Positions 63,901 to 64,000 of a stretch of DNA of 64,000 nt are shown piece by piece. Below the pieces are notes generated by a model, which was not told the origin of the DNA, made no database searches, and was given only the letters and a program-made list of their open reading frames with translations. The first letter of the stretch is position 1, and every line of letters starts with the position of its first letter. This DNA is from a virus. The translations under genes and the position numbers were made by a program. The stretch is from positions 28,875-92,874 of IMG/VR virus record IMGVR_UViG_3300046501_000082; one strand, written 5' to 3'.

Positions 63901-64000
63901 CAGGTTGATGCAACAAGTGATGCTTTCATTACACTCGCACAGAAAATTATGATTCCAAACTTCACCTCCGGTTTAATCTCAGCAAACCTGACTAGACCAA
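63901..64000 (+). CDS. terL: Terminase large subunit exon 3, partial (runs off window)
   Basis: QVDATSDAF completes the DD|QVDA nuclease motif. Confidence 0.9.

Noticed and set aside
1-64000. Stop-codon reassignment or prophage status
   Set aside because: Core genes are intact in the standard code apart from introns; no suppressor tRNA, integrase, repressor or host genes seen

Overview
This is a 64-kb segment of a large lytic dsDNA tailed phage (AT-rich, no integrase or repressor seen). The host is probably Gram-negative, judging from a trimeric-autotransporter gene and sigma70-type promoters. There are four transcription blocks. (i) 1-23.6 kb, minus strand: replication and nucleotide metabolism (primase-helicase, family A DNA polymerase, SSB, exonucleases, ThyX, class Ia RNR), a YadA-like adhesin and several free-standing HNH endonucleases. 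(ii) 23.8-39.5 kb, plus strand: an early/host-takeover region of small ORFs, each cassette with its own sigma70 promoter. (iii) 40.5-54.0 kb, minus strand: P-loop helicase-like protein, SLOG protein, phosphoesterase, HD hydrolase, dCMP deaminase, ClpP-like protease, PhoH. (iv) 54.2-64 kb, plus strand: a structured non-coding region, tRNA-Gln, a fibre-like protein and the terminase large subunit. Three ORF-less group I introns interrupt catalytic motifs, one in the DNA polymerase and two in terL. The most unusual signals are: two paralogous ~430-450 aa minimal PolA/T7-RNAP-like polymerases that share a cis motif with the putative origin region; a ~500-nt structured RNA whose hairpin loops display anti-Shine-Dalgarno sequences; several unannotated RMF-like early peptides; and a recurring terminator whose loop is the -35 box of the next promoter. 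All family assignments come from recognising motifs by eye, not from database searches.
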